From NCBI RefSeq assembly GCF_009914755.1, contig NC_060932.1: DNA of 64,000 nucleotides. The stretch is one strand, 5' to 3'. Position 1 is the first letter of the stretch, and every line of letters starts with the position of its first letter. This DNA comes from the human T2T-CHM13v2.0 reference genome, Homo sapiens. Both the position numbers and the translations under genes were made by a program. Shown here in pieces: positions 42,106 to 55,725 of this stretch. The notes under the pieces are model-generated. The model had not been told where the DNA came from. It ran no database searches and was given only the letters and a program-made list of their open reading frames with translations.

Positions 42106-45100
42106 GTGAGTGAATGGTTTTCTTGCCTTAAATGTAAATGAAAATATATCATGAGCAGTATTTTATGAGGGAGTCGTACAGGCAGAACTTGGGCAGAGAG
42201 AAAACTTAAAAATCTGGTTTCCAAAGATTATTGTCCCATGTTAGCGTAAAGAAAGCAATCTAGGATTAGAAGTCTGACACTTTCAGTGCTATGATATCTG
42301 GGGGCTCTGGAAAGGATTGAAGCCTCGCACTGAATCCCAGTGACCTCCAATACCTTTCTTCCCAGCACACCCTAGGAGAGAGAAGTAATATTATATCCTT
42401 TCAGTATTCCTTGCTATCGGTATATTCCCAGATATAGGACTAGCAAGCTATATGGGTGGCTGCCAGTGTGGGGTAGATATTTGCTCATCAGTACTTCTTT
42501 GCTTCAGGTTTTATATTTCAACAAATCTACCCAGATTAAACTGAATAGAACTGAAATACGGAATAGAAAAATTTGTTATAGATGCACATCTCTAAATAGC
42601 TGGCATTCTAAATAATCTTTGACTTTCAGTGCATGTTTAAAAGCTGTTTGGGATTTAAAAAAAGAAGTGTAAGGATATTTTTCTGACAAAAAATGAGCTT
42701 TTCTATAGCAATGAAGAACAATACTAGTAGGGATAAATTTGAAGGTATTTTATTGAACTTTGACTTTTTTATATAACGAGATGAGTAAGTGACATTTATA
42801 TAAATTTACAGTATTCAATACATGAATATAAGGAAAATCTGGTAATTTTTTCCATTTCTTTAAGAATTCATTTTATCCTTGCTCTTCAATTTGTGCTGGA
42901 AATGTAGATAGCATCAGATTAAACAGTTGTTACTGGCTCAACTTAGCTCCATAAATTTATTTTTAGTGAAGTCAGCAATTTTTTTAGGGCAAGGATGTAA
43001 TTATTTGTTTAGATTCGGAGTCATGTTTCTGAAGGACCCACTGTTCATGGACTCCCTAGAAGATATCCTTGGATCTTTTGGCCTGGGTGCTAAGAATCTC
43101 AGTTTGAAAAAAAAAGCATTAAAGAAACTAAAGTATAATCAAACAAATTTCATTTAAACTTTGAATTATTACTGCACAGTATGTTTTCTTATTATATTAT
43201 TATTAAAATTAAAAGTTTTTAAAAATGTAATTTTTGTAGAACCTGTGAGTCATTTTGAGCTCCTGGGAGACCTTGACACGTTTCCTTAAAGGAATTATAC
43301 TCCTGGCAAATTGTGTGTAGGAGATGAATTCTCAAAAAGCAGGGAGCATGTCAAAGAAGGGGGACAGGAGGGTTGGGGAAAGGAAAAGGAAAGGGCAGGA
43401 GATTGAAACAGGTATGATTGTTGTATTTCAAGATAGTGTGCAGTGCAGCCTGGTTCACAGGGTCAGGGCAGGACTAACATTGAGGCCTGGCCTCGGTGCA
43501 TGCTTCTATTAACTGCTTTGATGTGATATGAGGATATGATTGTTGCTCCAAAACACAGTGAACTCCGCAAAGAGAGAGACTGCATGTCATGGTTCCAGCC
43601 CAATTGTCCAGCACAGCACCTAGAATTTAGTAGATATTCTGTAAGTGCATGCTTGGAAATGAGTGAAAAAATGCAAAGCAGGTAATTCAATGGTAAATAA
43701 ATGTTATCCTTCTAAAAGAAAGCTTTAAATTGTGAGGCTATCTTATAGAATTCATCTATGTGGAATTTGTAAGAATTCTTTCCATGTTACAGCTTCAGAT
43801 TTTATAGAAATGATTCTTGGATATTTTTATCAGCACTATCCTCGATTCTAGCTAGTGTTCTGCATTAGATTTCCATGCAGGGAGCTATTAATTTGTTTTA
43901 CCAGTGTCACCCCCACCATGCAGCTGTGAGGTGTTTGGCATCCTCATTCTCCCACTTAGCATTTGGGTTGCCCAAGTGCTGGCAGCAAAGGAGACAAGAA
44001 AGTAAATCTAAAGCATGCAAAACGAGTCACTGATTTATGTCACTGATACCTAGTTTAGACATCGTTAACCTTCTATTTTTTTTATAATAACCTTTGTAAT
44101 TCTTCTATATTCCTAACATCTTCTAATTTTTATTTTGGGGATTATTGTTTTATAAATATTTTAACAGGAATGCACAGTAACTCATCATTACATTAATTTA
44201 GTTAAGCTGTTATAGTCCCTCATCGGGCTCTCTGTTTTGAAATCCAGAAACAAAGACATGAAAATATTGACTGATATGGGAAAATTAACTGGGTTGAAAG
44301 ATTACTAATTTAAAATAAGACATGTAACATTTAAGTGTATGCCATGCTTGATTTAGCCTGACTAGTGCATTCTCTAACTGTTGTGGAAAACTACATGGGA
44401 ATCTAAATCAGAAGTTTGGCTGATAACCATATAATCATAACAAGGAGAGCTACATGCTTCCAGTGTTCAAAGGAATCAGGATAGGATACACTTGGCAGGA
44501 TACACCTGTCAATAGAGGATCCACCTGCTAAACACAGAGGTCAGCCTCGCAGGGCAGCTTCTTCGTGTCTAGGAGTTGGATTAGCACTGCCAATGTTTGC
44601 CCCGATGATTCTGAGTTCCACTTCTGCCAGACTCTGTCTGCTTGGCTGTCTTGTCAATGTTACCACTGAGCTTCTAGTCAAAACTTCCTGCAATCTGTGA
44701 ACAGTGTAGTCTGCCTACTATGACATCGTATTAGTTGACCATATCCACGTGTTGATTTTAAAATGTAACTCTGAGGTTAATGTGGGAAGTGCAGGATGCC
44801 TGTTGTGACTCTCGTAGAAAACCTAGGAATTTTAAAAGCATAGGTTAGTATAGTTACAGGCATATTTACAAATACCTAAGCAATTCTCCCAGCTTTTAAA
44901 TACCCTGTATAAGAAAGTTATCTTTTTATACATTAAAGAAACTTCTTGCTCTAATAGTTATGTGTATGATACTTGAAAAAATATATAAATAATTTAGCCA
45001 TTTCATGTAAAATCTAAGAAATATATTTAATCTAGGAAACTTCCAAGTTTCCAGGAAACTACAGTCTCAGTTGGAAAAAAGGAATAGTGGAACTTGATTG

Positions 45101-46669
45101 TTTCATGAATCTTCCTATTTAGTAAATAATGATCAGAGAGAGACAATGAGTAAGTTGATGCTCGTTGAAATAGAAACAAAGGGATGCGCAGAATCTGTTG
45201 CAGAAAACTACGAATAAGTGACAGGTTCCAGGCTAATCTGAGGGAAAGAATTGTTTCTGGTAGCATGGATAAGTAATTGGAGACAAAATACTGGTCAGCA
45301 TATGTACAGTAACACTAAAATAGTGGGAACTTAGTGTGTAGTAGGGCCTGGAGATTAGCAAGGAATTGGTTTAGTAGTGGAGGGTCTCAGTATGTTGATA
45401 GAGATCCTAGTGAAGGCTCAACTGATTTTGCAAGATGACATCTTTTTGACCCAAATTATTTTTCACTGTGATGCCTGCACACACTTTAATTTTGGTCCCC
45501 AAATCTGTTAAAGACTGGACAGCATCTTGTGGAGGTGATAGTAATTCTTCTAGAGCCATGTATGGGAGAAAGAAGTCACTGGATGAAAGGCAGAATCCAA
45601 GTAGCCACTCAAAAACTAGTGAGCATCTATAACATGCCATGTCCTGTGCTAAGCACAGGGAAACAGTATTGGTTAAAAGTAATGACTGCTCTTTTTGGAG
45701 CTCATTTATAAGCCAGAAGACTGATAAGTGATCAAATAGCTCTGATTTAATGTGATAAGCGCTTTAAAAGATAAAAGGTACGTGCAGAATGTGTTTGAAA
45801 ACAAAAGGGATATTTGTTTTGCCTGCTTGGGATGAAATGACTTATTTTTCAGAAATACAAATACACCTCTTGCATTTATTCCTTAATATAAAGAAATAAA
45901 CTAATTGCAAATGGTCAAACACTACAGAAAAATTATATAGCAGAAACTAAAAATGACCTAAATCTTATAATTCACAGAAAACCATTGTTTAAAACATTTA
46001 TGTATATTATTTTCTGCATATATTCGTTTTTTTTTTTTGCAAAATTAGACTCAAAACATGTATGATACTTTGCCATCTTCTGTTTTTAGTGAACAGTTTC
46101 TATGGCCCTCACTCCATTTGGTGGATATAGAGCCACATCATCACCTATAGAGGCTGGTGTATCATTGCAGGGCAGTAGTGTTGTTTAGCCATCTAGGTTG
46201 GACCTTCAGATAGCTTCCACTTTTCTTTTATACGATTGTAAATATTTCTGCTGTGGGGAAAATTATTCAGAGATTATTGGTCACAAAGTACTGTGCCATT
46301 CAGGGTATGCAGCAGAGCCCTATCTTGTTGCAACTACCTGGATTGTAGACATCAAGGCCCTGGAAGAAATAACGTTTCTGCGAAAGAGACTTGTTAATTC
46401 ATCTTCTTTTTTTTTTCAGTTTTAGAAAAGGGTCCATTATGTATGCTCACCCTTTTCCCAGATTTAGTTCCTCATAAACATCAAGTAATGTGCTGGTAAC
46501 TGGGAAATACTGCAGTTTGTTAGTAGAATTTTATCAGAAGTCAACAAAATATTCCGTTTTGCATGCCTACAGATTGGAAAAATAACAAAGCCTAAGTTGG
46601 GTAAGTTATTAATGTTTTGACTAAATTTAGAAATGGTGAATGATCTTCATTACATATGTATATCATTTA

Positions 46670-47081
<412 letters not shown>

Positions 47082-47594
47082 GTAATAATTTTTTTTAGAA
47101 TTTTAGAGTTCAGAAAAATGCAAAATTAGAAATGCAGAAAGTTTTCTTTGTCAGATTATTCACATTACTTATAATATTTATGTCTAACTTCTTATTTAAT
47201 GAATAAATGAAGAAGTTGAATCATTCTATATTGTTCTTTGGCACCTGCATTTAGGATGAGAAAATTCTGGAGAGACAGAAGCAGCCACTTCATTTTAAGG
47301 AGGTGGAATGGGGAAATCAAACTCTTATCTCAAAAATTGCTATAGCCACTGTTTTGCAAACTACTTGTCCTATTTGTGCTGCTAAATTGCAGGCTCTCAG
47401 GGACAATACTAATGTACTTGTATTTGCAATGGCAGAGGAAGTAGAGACTTGAACTGTCTCTATTTGTGGAACAATCAGGACCTGCAGGGGGAACAATGTG
47501 GATAAATAGAGATTGTAAGGGAAGTTATTAGCCCCGGTTTTATAGTAAAGGAGGAAAAGTCAGAATTTTGAAGGGTCTATTGTTGTCAAGAAGG

Positions 47595-47918
47595 AAAAAA
47601 TAAAGAGAAAGGTTAGATATGAATATAAGGCTGATATTTCTAATTTTTTTTTAAAAGGAGACCTCTGTGTGATAGGAAAAGCTTAGTTGTGAGAGATAAT
47701 ATGAGTATTTCTCAGTGGTAAGTTCATGTTGAATGAATGACTGTTTCATTACGGTACTGAGAAGAGAGTGGGTTTGAGAACCTGAAACCAAAGAATCTTC
47801 CTGTTAAGTGGAAATGGTCAGCTTGTAAAGGAGTAGAGACAGAGTAGAGTAACTCAAGTTTAGGGGAGCATAAATTAAGAGAAAATAACCTAGGAAGAGA
47901 AAAAAAAAAAAGAATAGA
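47595..47918 (+). repeat. Local duplication, copy 1 (about 320 bp)
   Basis: Near-identical to 49044-49362; near-identical translations also visible in the ORF track. Confidence 0.95.
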
Positions 47919-49043
47919 ATAGCCAAAACAAAAGCTCAAGAGGAATGAAAAATGTGTCCTCCCAAATTACATAAAACTTTAAGGTAAAGTATCATTATTT
48001 GGGTTAAAGTTAAATTTAATTAATTCTACAAAATGCCAATGTCTTTCTATTCAAACTATGCCTTTTCAAATTGAAAGTCTTTCATTAGTAAAATGATTAA
48101 TACTATTTTGATTTGGGATTGACACTTTAATTAAATACACTACATTTTTAGAATCCGCAACCATTTTTTGGCTTTGAGCTATGTGCCTTTAGAATAACTT
48201 TTTAAAAATTAGACATTTATAAGAGACTTGGATATTTTTCTTCTTGTATCTCCCTCAAATTATTTCTCTTTGAATAGTCAAATAATTAGTAAAACACTAT
48301 ATTTTAATTTTGTCTTTAAAAACTAATGCCAACTAGACATAAATCACATCCTTGAAAGGAATTGCTTGGTAAGTTTTGGTCTAGATAGAGGAGTTTGATT
48401 TCCTGTGCATTTAATGAGCCTGAGGTTGCAGGTTCAAACCCCACAGGGACTAATAAGTTCTATTCTCTTTCTTTTCCAAAGCCTACTAGACCTGTAACCT
48501 TGACCAGCCCTCCTTCTCAAACTTGCCATTGGTCATAAGTCATTAGAAATAATTGATTGATTATCACCAGCTTACAACCAGGTTTGGGGAAAAATATAAA
48601 CATGAAAATCAAGTGTTCTTTAGGGGTTGATAATGGGTCACATATATCATCTTCCTTTTGAATATCATCCAGGTCAAATAATTTAGATTTATGCTTTGAA
48701 ATAAGACTTTTCATCATTCTCAAATGAACCATAATTTACTTTCTTGTGGAAGATCTACAGTGAATTATCACACCAATATTTCCTTAGACTGTAGAAGCTT
48801 TAACATAAAACTGGGTAGTCCATTCCAAACCTTAAGGCTAGAGTTTCTAAACACCACCCATTTGTGGACTTGAACAATTAGGTAAAAGACCAGCAAATCG
48901 TCTACGATATAATTTAGTTATCAAAATAGTTATGTAGGCTAAGAGATGTTACTTTCAGCATGATCAAATAAAATTGACTGTCAAGTCTTAAACACTATTT
49001 TCTGTAAGTGTATAAAATTATCAACATTGTGTTATCCTAGTAA

Positions 49044-49362
49044 AAAAAATAAAGAGAAAGGTTAGACATGAATATAAGGCTGATATTTCTAATTTTTTTT
49101 AAAAGGAGAACTCTGTGTGATAGGAAAAGCTTAGCTGTGAGATAATATGAGTATTTCTCAGTGGTAAGTTCATGTTGAATGAATGACTGTTCCATTACGG
49201 TACTGAGAAGAAAGTGGGTGTGAGAGCCTGAAACCAAAGAATCTTCCTGTTAAGTGGAAATGGTCAGCTTGTAAAGGAGAAGAGACAGAGTAGAGTAACT
49301 CAAGTTTAGGGGAGCATAAATTAAGAGAAAATAACTGAGGAAGAGAAAAAAAAAAGAATAGA
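49044..49362 (+). repeat. Local duplication, copy 2
   Basis: About 10 substitutions and 3 small indels versus copy 1, counted by eye. Confidence 0.95.
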
Positions 49363-49532
49363 TACATTCTCCATCTTCTTTCATGTATTACATTTTGTTT
49401 GGTTTTTATTTGTTTTTAAAATTTCCAGCTTGATTATAAAACTATTCCAGTTTAAACAATCACTTTTCATTACCATTATATGGTCAATAAAAGAATTCAA
49501 TGCATTCATTTACACTGAGTTTTATGTTTCCC

Positions 49533-49829
49533 TTTTTTTTTTTTTTTGAGACGGAGTCTTGCCCTGTTACCCAAGCTGGGGTGCAGTGGTGCGATCTCGG
49601 CTCACTGCAACCTCGCCTCCCGGGTTCAAGGGATTCTCCTGCCTCAGCCTCCCAGGTAGCTGGGACTACAGGTGCGTGCCACCATGCCCGGCTAATTTTT
49701 TTGTATTTTTTAGTAGAGAGAGGGTTTCACTGTGTTAGCCAGGACAGTCTCGATCTCCTGACCTCGTGATCTGCCCGCCTTGGCCTCCCAAAGTGCTGGG
49801 ATTACAGACATGAGCCACCACGCCCGATC
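49533..49829 (-). mobile_element. Alu (AluSc-like)
   Basis: Full reverse-complement dimer; TSD-like tatgtt(t)cc. Confidence 0.95.
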
Positions 49830-50009
49830 TATGTTCCACTTTTAAGGGTAGGTTCATTGATATGAGCTTTGAGAATAATTTAAAGTTAGTTTATGAATGA
49901 ATAATTTTAAAATAATTCTTGCTCAATTAGAGATAAATTAGTATAATTTATTTCTAAACAGGCAGTATATTATTTTTATTAAATTAGAATTTAAAAATAT
50001 TTATATTCA

Positions 50010-50510
50010 TTCATTTCTTTATTCAACAAATTTTTGAGCATCTACATTGTACTATTTTTAATGCTGTGGAGAGAATGATGAATGACAGAAATTTCTGCTC
50101 TCATGAAGCTTAGATTAATTTTTATCTATATCTGTGCTGAAGACAGATATAGATAAAAAATATGTCAGCATGACAGATAGTGATATGTATTTTGAAGAAT
50201 AAGCAGCTCATAAAGATAGAGTATGATGGTAGAGGATTGGGGAGTTGGTATGAAGAGGCTCCTCAGAAGTGACATTTAAGCAGAAATGAACTATACAACT
50301 TTTAGAGGAAAACCATTTCAGGCAGAGAAACAGAAAGGACAAAGAACCTGAGACTGAAAAGTATCTGGTATGCTTGGGGAACTGTCTAGGAAGCCAGGTA
50401 GGTGGAAAACAGCCAATAAGGGGGAGAGTCCCAGGAACTGAGCTTAGAGAGGTAGCAGGGAGGCATGTAGGCCAAGAGAAAGACTGGAGTGTGTTCTAAA
50501 TGTGATGGGA
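50010..50510 (-). mobile_element. L2a-like fragment containing a perfect hairpin
   Basis: attcaacaaatttttgagcatctac..ctgctctcatgaagcttaga..catttcaggcagag. Confidence 0.7.
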
Positions 50511-50854
50511 AATTTTGCCCTCCCTTACTAGGTTACAGGTGAGAGTTCATATGAAATGTAAATTTAGAGAAATTCAGTGATAGGAATAATTGAGTGTTGA
50601 AAGCAGAGTCTTGACATGATCTGATTTCTAAATTCAAAAGGATTTCTCTATGTTCTTCAAAGTTTATGAAAATAATTCATATTGTATCCTTAATATAAAC
50701 ATATGACAGAAAAATAAGATATAATAAAAAAAGAAAAGATACCAAGGTAATGGAAAAACCATTTTCATGAATATAACCAGTTTCTCATTATTATACATTT
50801 TAAGAGATTCAACAAATCTGACACATCTGAATAATTAAGGACATGGTATGTGTT

Positions 50855-53800
50855 TTGTTTTGTTTTATTGCATTTTATTTTATTTTTTATTTTTATTTTT
50901 TGTTTCTTCTTAAAAAAATGGGATATATGTGCACAGTTTTCAGGTTTGTTACATAGGTGTATGTGTGCCATGGTGGTTTGCTGCACCTATTGACTTGTCC
51001 TCTAAGACCCCTCCCCTCAACCCCCACCCCCCAACAGGCCCTGATGTGTGTTGTTTCCCTCTCTGTGTCCATGTGTTCTCAATGTTCAACTCTTGCTTAT
51101 GAGTGAGAACACACACGGTGTTTGGTTTTCTGTTCCTGTGTTAGTTTACTGAGGATGATGGCTTCCAGCTTCATCCATGTCCCTGCAAAAACATGATCTC
51201 ATTCCTTTTTCTGGCTGCATAGTATTCCGTGATGTATATGTACCATGATTTCTTTATCCAGTCTGCAGTTGATCGGCATTTGGGTTGGTTCCATGTCTTT
51301 GCTATGGTAAATAGTGCTGCAATAAACATACTTGTGCATGTGTCTTTAGAGTATAATGATTTATATTACTTTGGGTATATACCCAGTAATGGGATTGCTG
51401 GGTCAAATGGTATTTCTGGTTCTAGATCCTTGAGGAATCACCACAGTGTCTTCCACAATGGTTGAACTAATTTGCATTCCTACCAACAGTGTAAAAGCAT
51501 TCCTATTTCTCCACAGCCTTGCCAGCATCTATGGTTTCCTGACTTTTTAATAATCACCATTCTGACTGGCATGAGATGGTATCTCACTGTGGTTTTGATT
51601 TTCATTTCTCTGATGATCAGTGATGTTAAGCTATTTTGCATATGTTTGCTGCATAAATGTCTTCTTTTGAGAAGTATCTTTTCATATTCTTTGCCCACTT
51701 TTTGATGGGGTTGTTTGTTTTTTCTTGTAAATATGTTTAAGTTCCTTGTAAATTCTGAATATTAGACCTTTGTCAGATGGGTAGATTGCAAAAATTTTCT
51801 CCCATACTGTGGGTTACCTGTTCACTTTGATGACAGTTTATTTTGCTGTGTAGAAGCTCATTATTTTAATTAGAACCCATTTGTCAATTTTGGCTTTTGT
51901 TGCAATTGTTTTTGACGTTTTAGTCATGAAGCCTTTGCCTGTGCCTATGTCCTGAATGGTATTGCCTAGGTTTTCTTCTAGGGTTTTTATGGTTTGGGGT
52001 TTTACATTTAAGTCTTTAATCCATCTTGAGTTAATTTTTTTATAAGATGACGGAAGGGGTCCAGTTTCAGTTTTCTGCATATGGCTAGTCAGTTTTCCCA
52101 GCACAATTTACTGAATAGGAGATCCTTTCCCCATTGCTTGTTTTTGTCAGGTTTGTTGAAGATCAGATGGTTGTAGATGTGTCGTGTTATTTCTGAAGTC
52201 TCTGTTCTGCTCCATTGGTCTATATGTCTATTTTGGTACAAGTACCATGCTGTATTGGTTACTGTAGCCTTGTAATATAGTTTGAAGTCAGGTAGTGTGA
52301 TGCTTCCAGCTTTGTCCATTTTGCTTGGGATTGTCTTGGCTATACGAGGTCTTCTTTGATTCCATATAAAATTTAAAATAGTTTTTTTCTAATTCTGTGA
52401 AGAATGTCAGTGATAGTTTGATGGGAATAGTATTGAATCTCTAAATTACTTCGGGCTGTTTGGCCATTTTCACGACATTGATTCTTCCTATCCATGAGGA
52501 TGGAATGTTTTTCCATTTGTTTGTGTCCTCTGTTATTTCCTTGAGCAGTGGTTTGTAGTTCTCCTTAAAGAGGTCCTTCACATCCCTTCTTAGCTGTGTT
52601 TCTAGGTATTTTATTCTCTTTGTAGTGATTGTGAATCGGAGTTCATTCATGATTTGGCTCTCTGCTTGCTTATTGTTGGTGTAAAGGAATGCTTTTGATT
52701 TTTGCAGATTGGTTTTGTATCCTGAGACTGCGCTGAAGTTGCTTATCAGTTCAAGAAGTTTTGAGGCTGACACGATAGGGTTTTCTAAATATAAAATCAT
52801 GCCATCTGCAGACAGAGACAACTTGACTTCCTCTCTTCCTAGTTGAATAGCCTTTATTTCTTTCTCTTGCCTGATTGCCCTGGCCAAAACTTCCAGTACT
52901 ATGTTGAGGAGGAGTGGTGAGAGAGGGCAACTTTGTCTTATACCAGTTTTCAAAGGGAATGAGTCTAGCTTTTGCCCATTGAAGACGATATTTTATGTGG
53001 GTTTGTCATAAATGTTCTTATTATTTTGAGATATATTCCATCAATACCTAGTTTATTGAGAGTTTTTAACATGAAGGGATGTTGAATTTTATCATAGGCA
53101 TTTTCTACATCTATTGAGGTAATCATGTGATTTTGTCTTTGGTTCTGTTTATGTGATGGATTACACTTATTGATTTGCATATGTTGAACTAGACTTGCTT
53201 CCAAGGGATGAACCCAACTTGATCATTGTGGATAAGTTTTTCCATGTGCTGCTGGATTTGGTTTGCTAGTATTTTATTGAGAATTTTCCCATCCATGTTC
53301 ATCAGGGATATTGTCCTGATGTTTTCTTTTTTTCTTGTGTCTCTTTCTGGGTTTGGTATCAGGATGATGCTGGCTTCATAAAATGAGTTAGGGAAGAGTC
53401 CCTTCTTTTCAGTTGTTTGGAATAGTTTCAGAAGGAATGGTACCAGCTCCTCTTTGTACCTCTGGTAGAATTCAGCTGTGAATTCGTCTGGTCCTGGGCT
53501 TTTTTTTTTTGGTTGGTAGGCTATTAATTACTGCCTCAATTTCACAGCTTGTTACTGGTCTATTCAGGGATTTGACTTCTTCCTGGTTTAGTCTTGGTAG
53601 CATGTATGCGTCCAGGAATTTATCCATTTCTTCTAGATTTTCTAGTTTGTTTGCATAGAGGTGTTTATAGTATTCTCTGATAGTAATTTTTATTTCTGTG
53701 GGGTCAGTAGTGATATCCCTTTATCTTTTTTTATTGTGTCTATTTGATTCTTCTCCCTCTTCTTTATTAGCCTAGCTAGCAGTCTATTTTGTTAGTTTTT

Positions 53801-54941
53801 TCAAAAAAAAAGCAGCTTCTGGATTCATTGATTTTTTTGGAGGGTTTTTTTGTGTCTCTATCTCCTTCAAGTCTTCTCTTAGTTATTTCTTGTTTTCTGC
53901 TAGCTTTTGGATTAGTTTGCTCTTGCCTCTCTAGCTCTTTGAATTGTGATGTTAGGGTGTTGATTTGAGATCTCTCTAGCTTTCTGATGTGGGCATTTAG
54001 TGCTATAAGTTTTCCTTTTAACACTGCTTTCGCTATGTCCCAGAGATTCTGCTACGTTGTCTCTTTGTTCTCATTGGTTTCAAAGAACTTCTTGATTTCT
54101 GCCTTAATTTCATTATGTACCCAGGGGTCATTCAGGAGCAGGTTTTCCAGTTTCCATGAAATCGTGTGGTTTTCAGTGAGTTTCTTGATACTGAGTTCTA
54201 CTTTGATTGTACTGTGTTCTCCAATAACTCTTCCTGCAGGGAAGCCTCACCCAATGAGGAAGGATAGGCCTGAAGAAACACTCTGGTGGCAGACTGCCAC
54301 AGCAGGTGTGTTGGGCTGTGGGGACAAGTCTTGAGACAAAGCCTCCCTGGCTCCAGCAGGGGAAAAGCACAGCCTGGAACTAGAGAAATGGGTGCTGCCC
54401 TTCCCCTGCCCAGGGAGCTTAGCTTGTTAGGCAGTTGCGAGTCCCAGTGCTGACTGCTGCCTCTCCCACAAGGAGCTCAAAGGACTTAGACAGCAGGCAG
54501 TCACAACTGTGCTGGTTGCCCCTCCCCCCAGGAGTTCAGCAGGCTTAGGCAGATTCCAGCTGAGAGGCTGTAAGAATCTGCCTGTTCCAGGGTTGGAACA
54601 GTAGGCCTGGTGGCATGGGTTCGCAACTGGTATCTTCCAATCTGTGGGTAGCACAGTTTCATGGAAAAAGCAGTTTCCCTGGTTGGGTAGTGTGCTCAAT
54701 CAACACCTCCCTTGGCTGGGGGGAGGGGGTTCCCCATCTCCCTGTGGCTCTCAGGTGGCCTGCCACACCACACTGTTCTTCCTTCTCTCTGTGAGTCACA
54801 CCAGCCTTCTAATCAATTTTGATGAGAGAACCTGGATACCTTGGTTGCTGGTAAAGAATTCACATGCTTATTATGCTTTTTTTTTTTCGATGGCAGCCTT
54901 AGAACACTGCTGCTTCTAGTCAGCCATCTTGGCCTCTCCCC
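50855..54941 (-). mobile_element. L1PA8-like element with both ends but lacking ORF1 and the start of ORF2 (about 4.1 kb)
   Basis: T-rich tail and 3'UTR near 50.9-51.2 kb; RT peptide [31 protein letters not shown]; 5'UTR 54220-54941 starting gggagaggccaagatggctgactag; degenerate TSD atggtatgtgtt / atgatacatgtt. Confidence 0.93.
54923..54931 (-). promoter_or_regulatory. YY1-type site at the L1 5' end (CAAGATGGC)
   Basis: Plus strand gccatcttg at the canonical position near the L1 5' terminus. Confidence 0.6.
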
Positions 54942-54948
54942 TATGATA

Positions 54949-55305
54949 CATGTTAAGCATCCCTAATTTGAAAACCCAACATTTGAAATGCTCCAAAATC
55001 TCAAACTTTTTGAGTACTGATGTGATGCCGCAAATGAAAAATTTTACACCTGACCTTATGTGATGGGTCACAGTCAAAACAGAGTCAAAACCATTTCATG
55101 CAAAAAATTATTGAAAATATTATATAAAATTATCTCCAGGCCATGTGTATAAGGTGTATATGAAACATAAGTGAATTTTGGGTTTGGACTTGGGTGCCAC
55201 CCCTGAGTTATCTCATCATAAATGCAAATATTCCAAAATCCAAAAGTATCCAAGATTCAAAACATTACTGGTCCCAAGCATTTCAAATAAGGGATACTCA
55301 ATCTG
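54949..55305. mobile_element. Tigger4b-like non-autonomous TcMar element
   Basis: TA-flanked TIRs catgttaagcatccctaatttgaaa / tttcaaataagggatactcaatctg. Confidence 0.85.
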
Positions 55306-55397
55306 TATAAAAGAGATGTCATCTATAGAAACATTTTACCTTGCCTTTTATCAGTAGATGAATTATGTTTTTATAAATTGTGGAAATTCAGAATATA

Positions 55398-55725
55398 CAA
55401 GTCACCCTCGATATCCATGAGTTCCATATTCATAGATTCAACCAACCTCAGATTGCAAATATTCAGGGAAAAAAATTTACAAAGTTCTTAAAAATTTGAA
55501 TTTGGCCCACAGCAAGTACTATGTTGAATCCACATGAATGAAGTAATGTGTAGGCATTATATTAGGTATTATAAGTATCTAGGGATGATTTAAAGTCTCT
55601 GGGAGGATGTATATAGTTATATGTAAGTTCTGTATCATTTTATACCTGGAACTTGAGTATCCTTGGATTTAGGTATCCTTGGTAGGACCTGGAACCAATC
55701 CTTCATAGATACTAAGGGATGGCTG
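55398..55725. mobile_element. MER2/MER2B-like Tigger element
   Basis: TA-flanked TIRs caagtcaccctcgatatccatg / catagatactaagggatggctg; tattaggtattataagt core. Confidence 0.8.

Noticed and set aside
47480-47496. CTCF-like motif cctgcagggggaac (and cctactgatggcgct near 28369)
   Set aside because: Mismatches at core consensus positions; cannot be supported without ChIP data
47724-49367. Paralogous small-protein pair (FFFSLP.LFSLNLCSPKLELLYSVS)
   Set aside because: Similarity simply reflects the DNA duplication; start codons lie outside the duplicated segment and there is no coding signature
52441-52953. 170-aa reverse transcriptase ORF as a functional or novel RT gene
   Set aside because: Fragment of L1 ORF2; catalytic FADD reads SADG and neighbouring frames are broken
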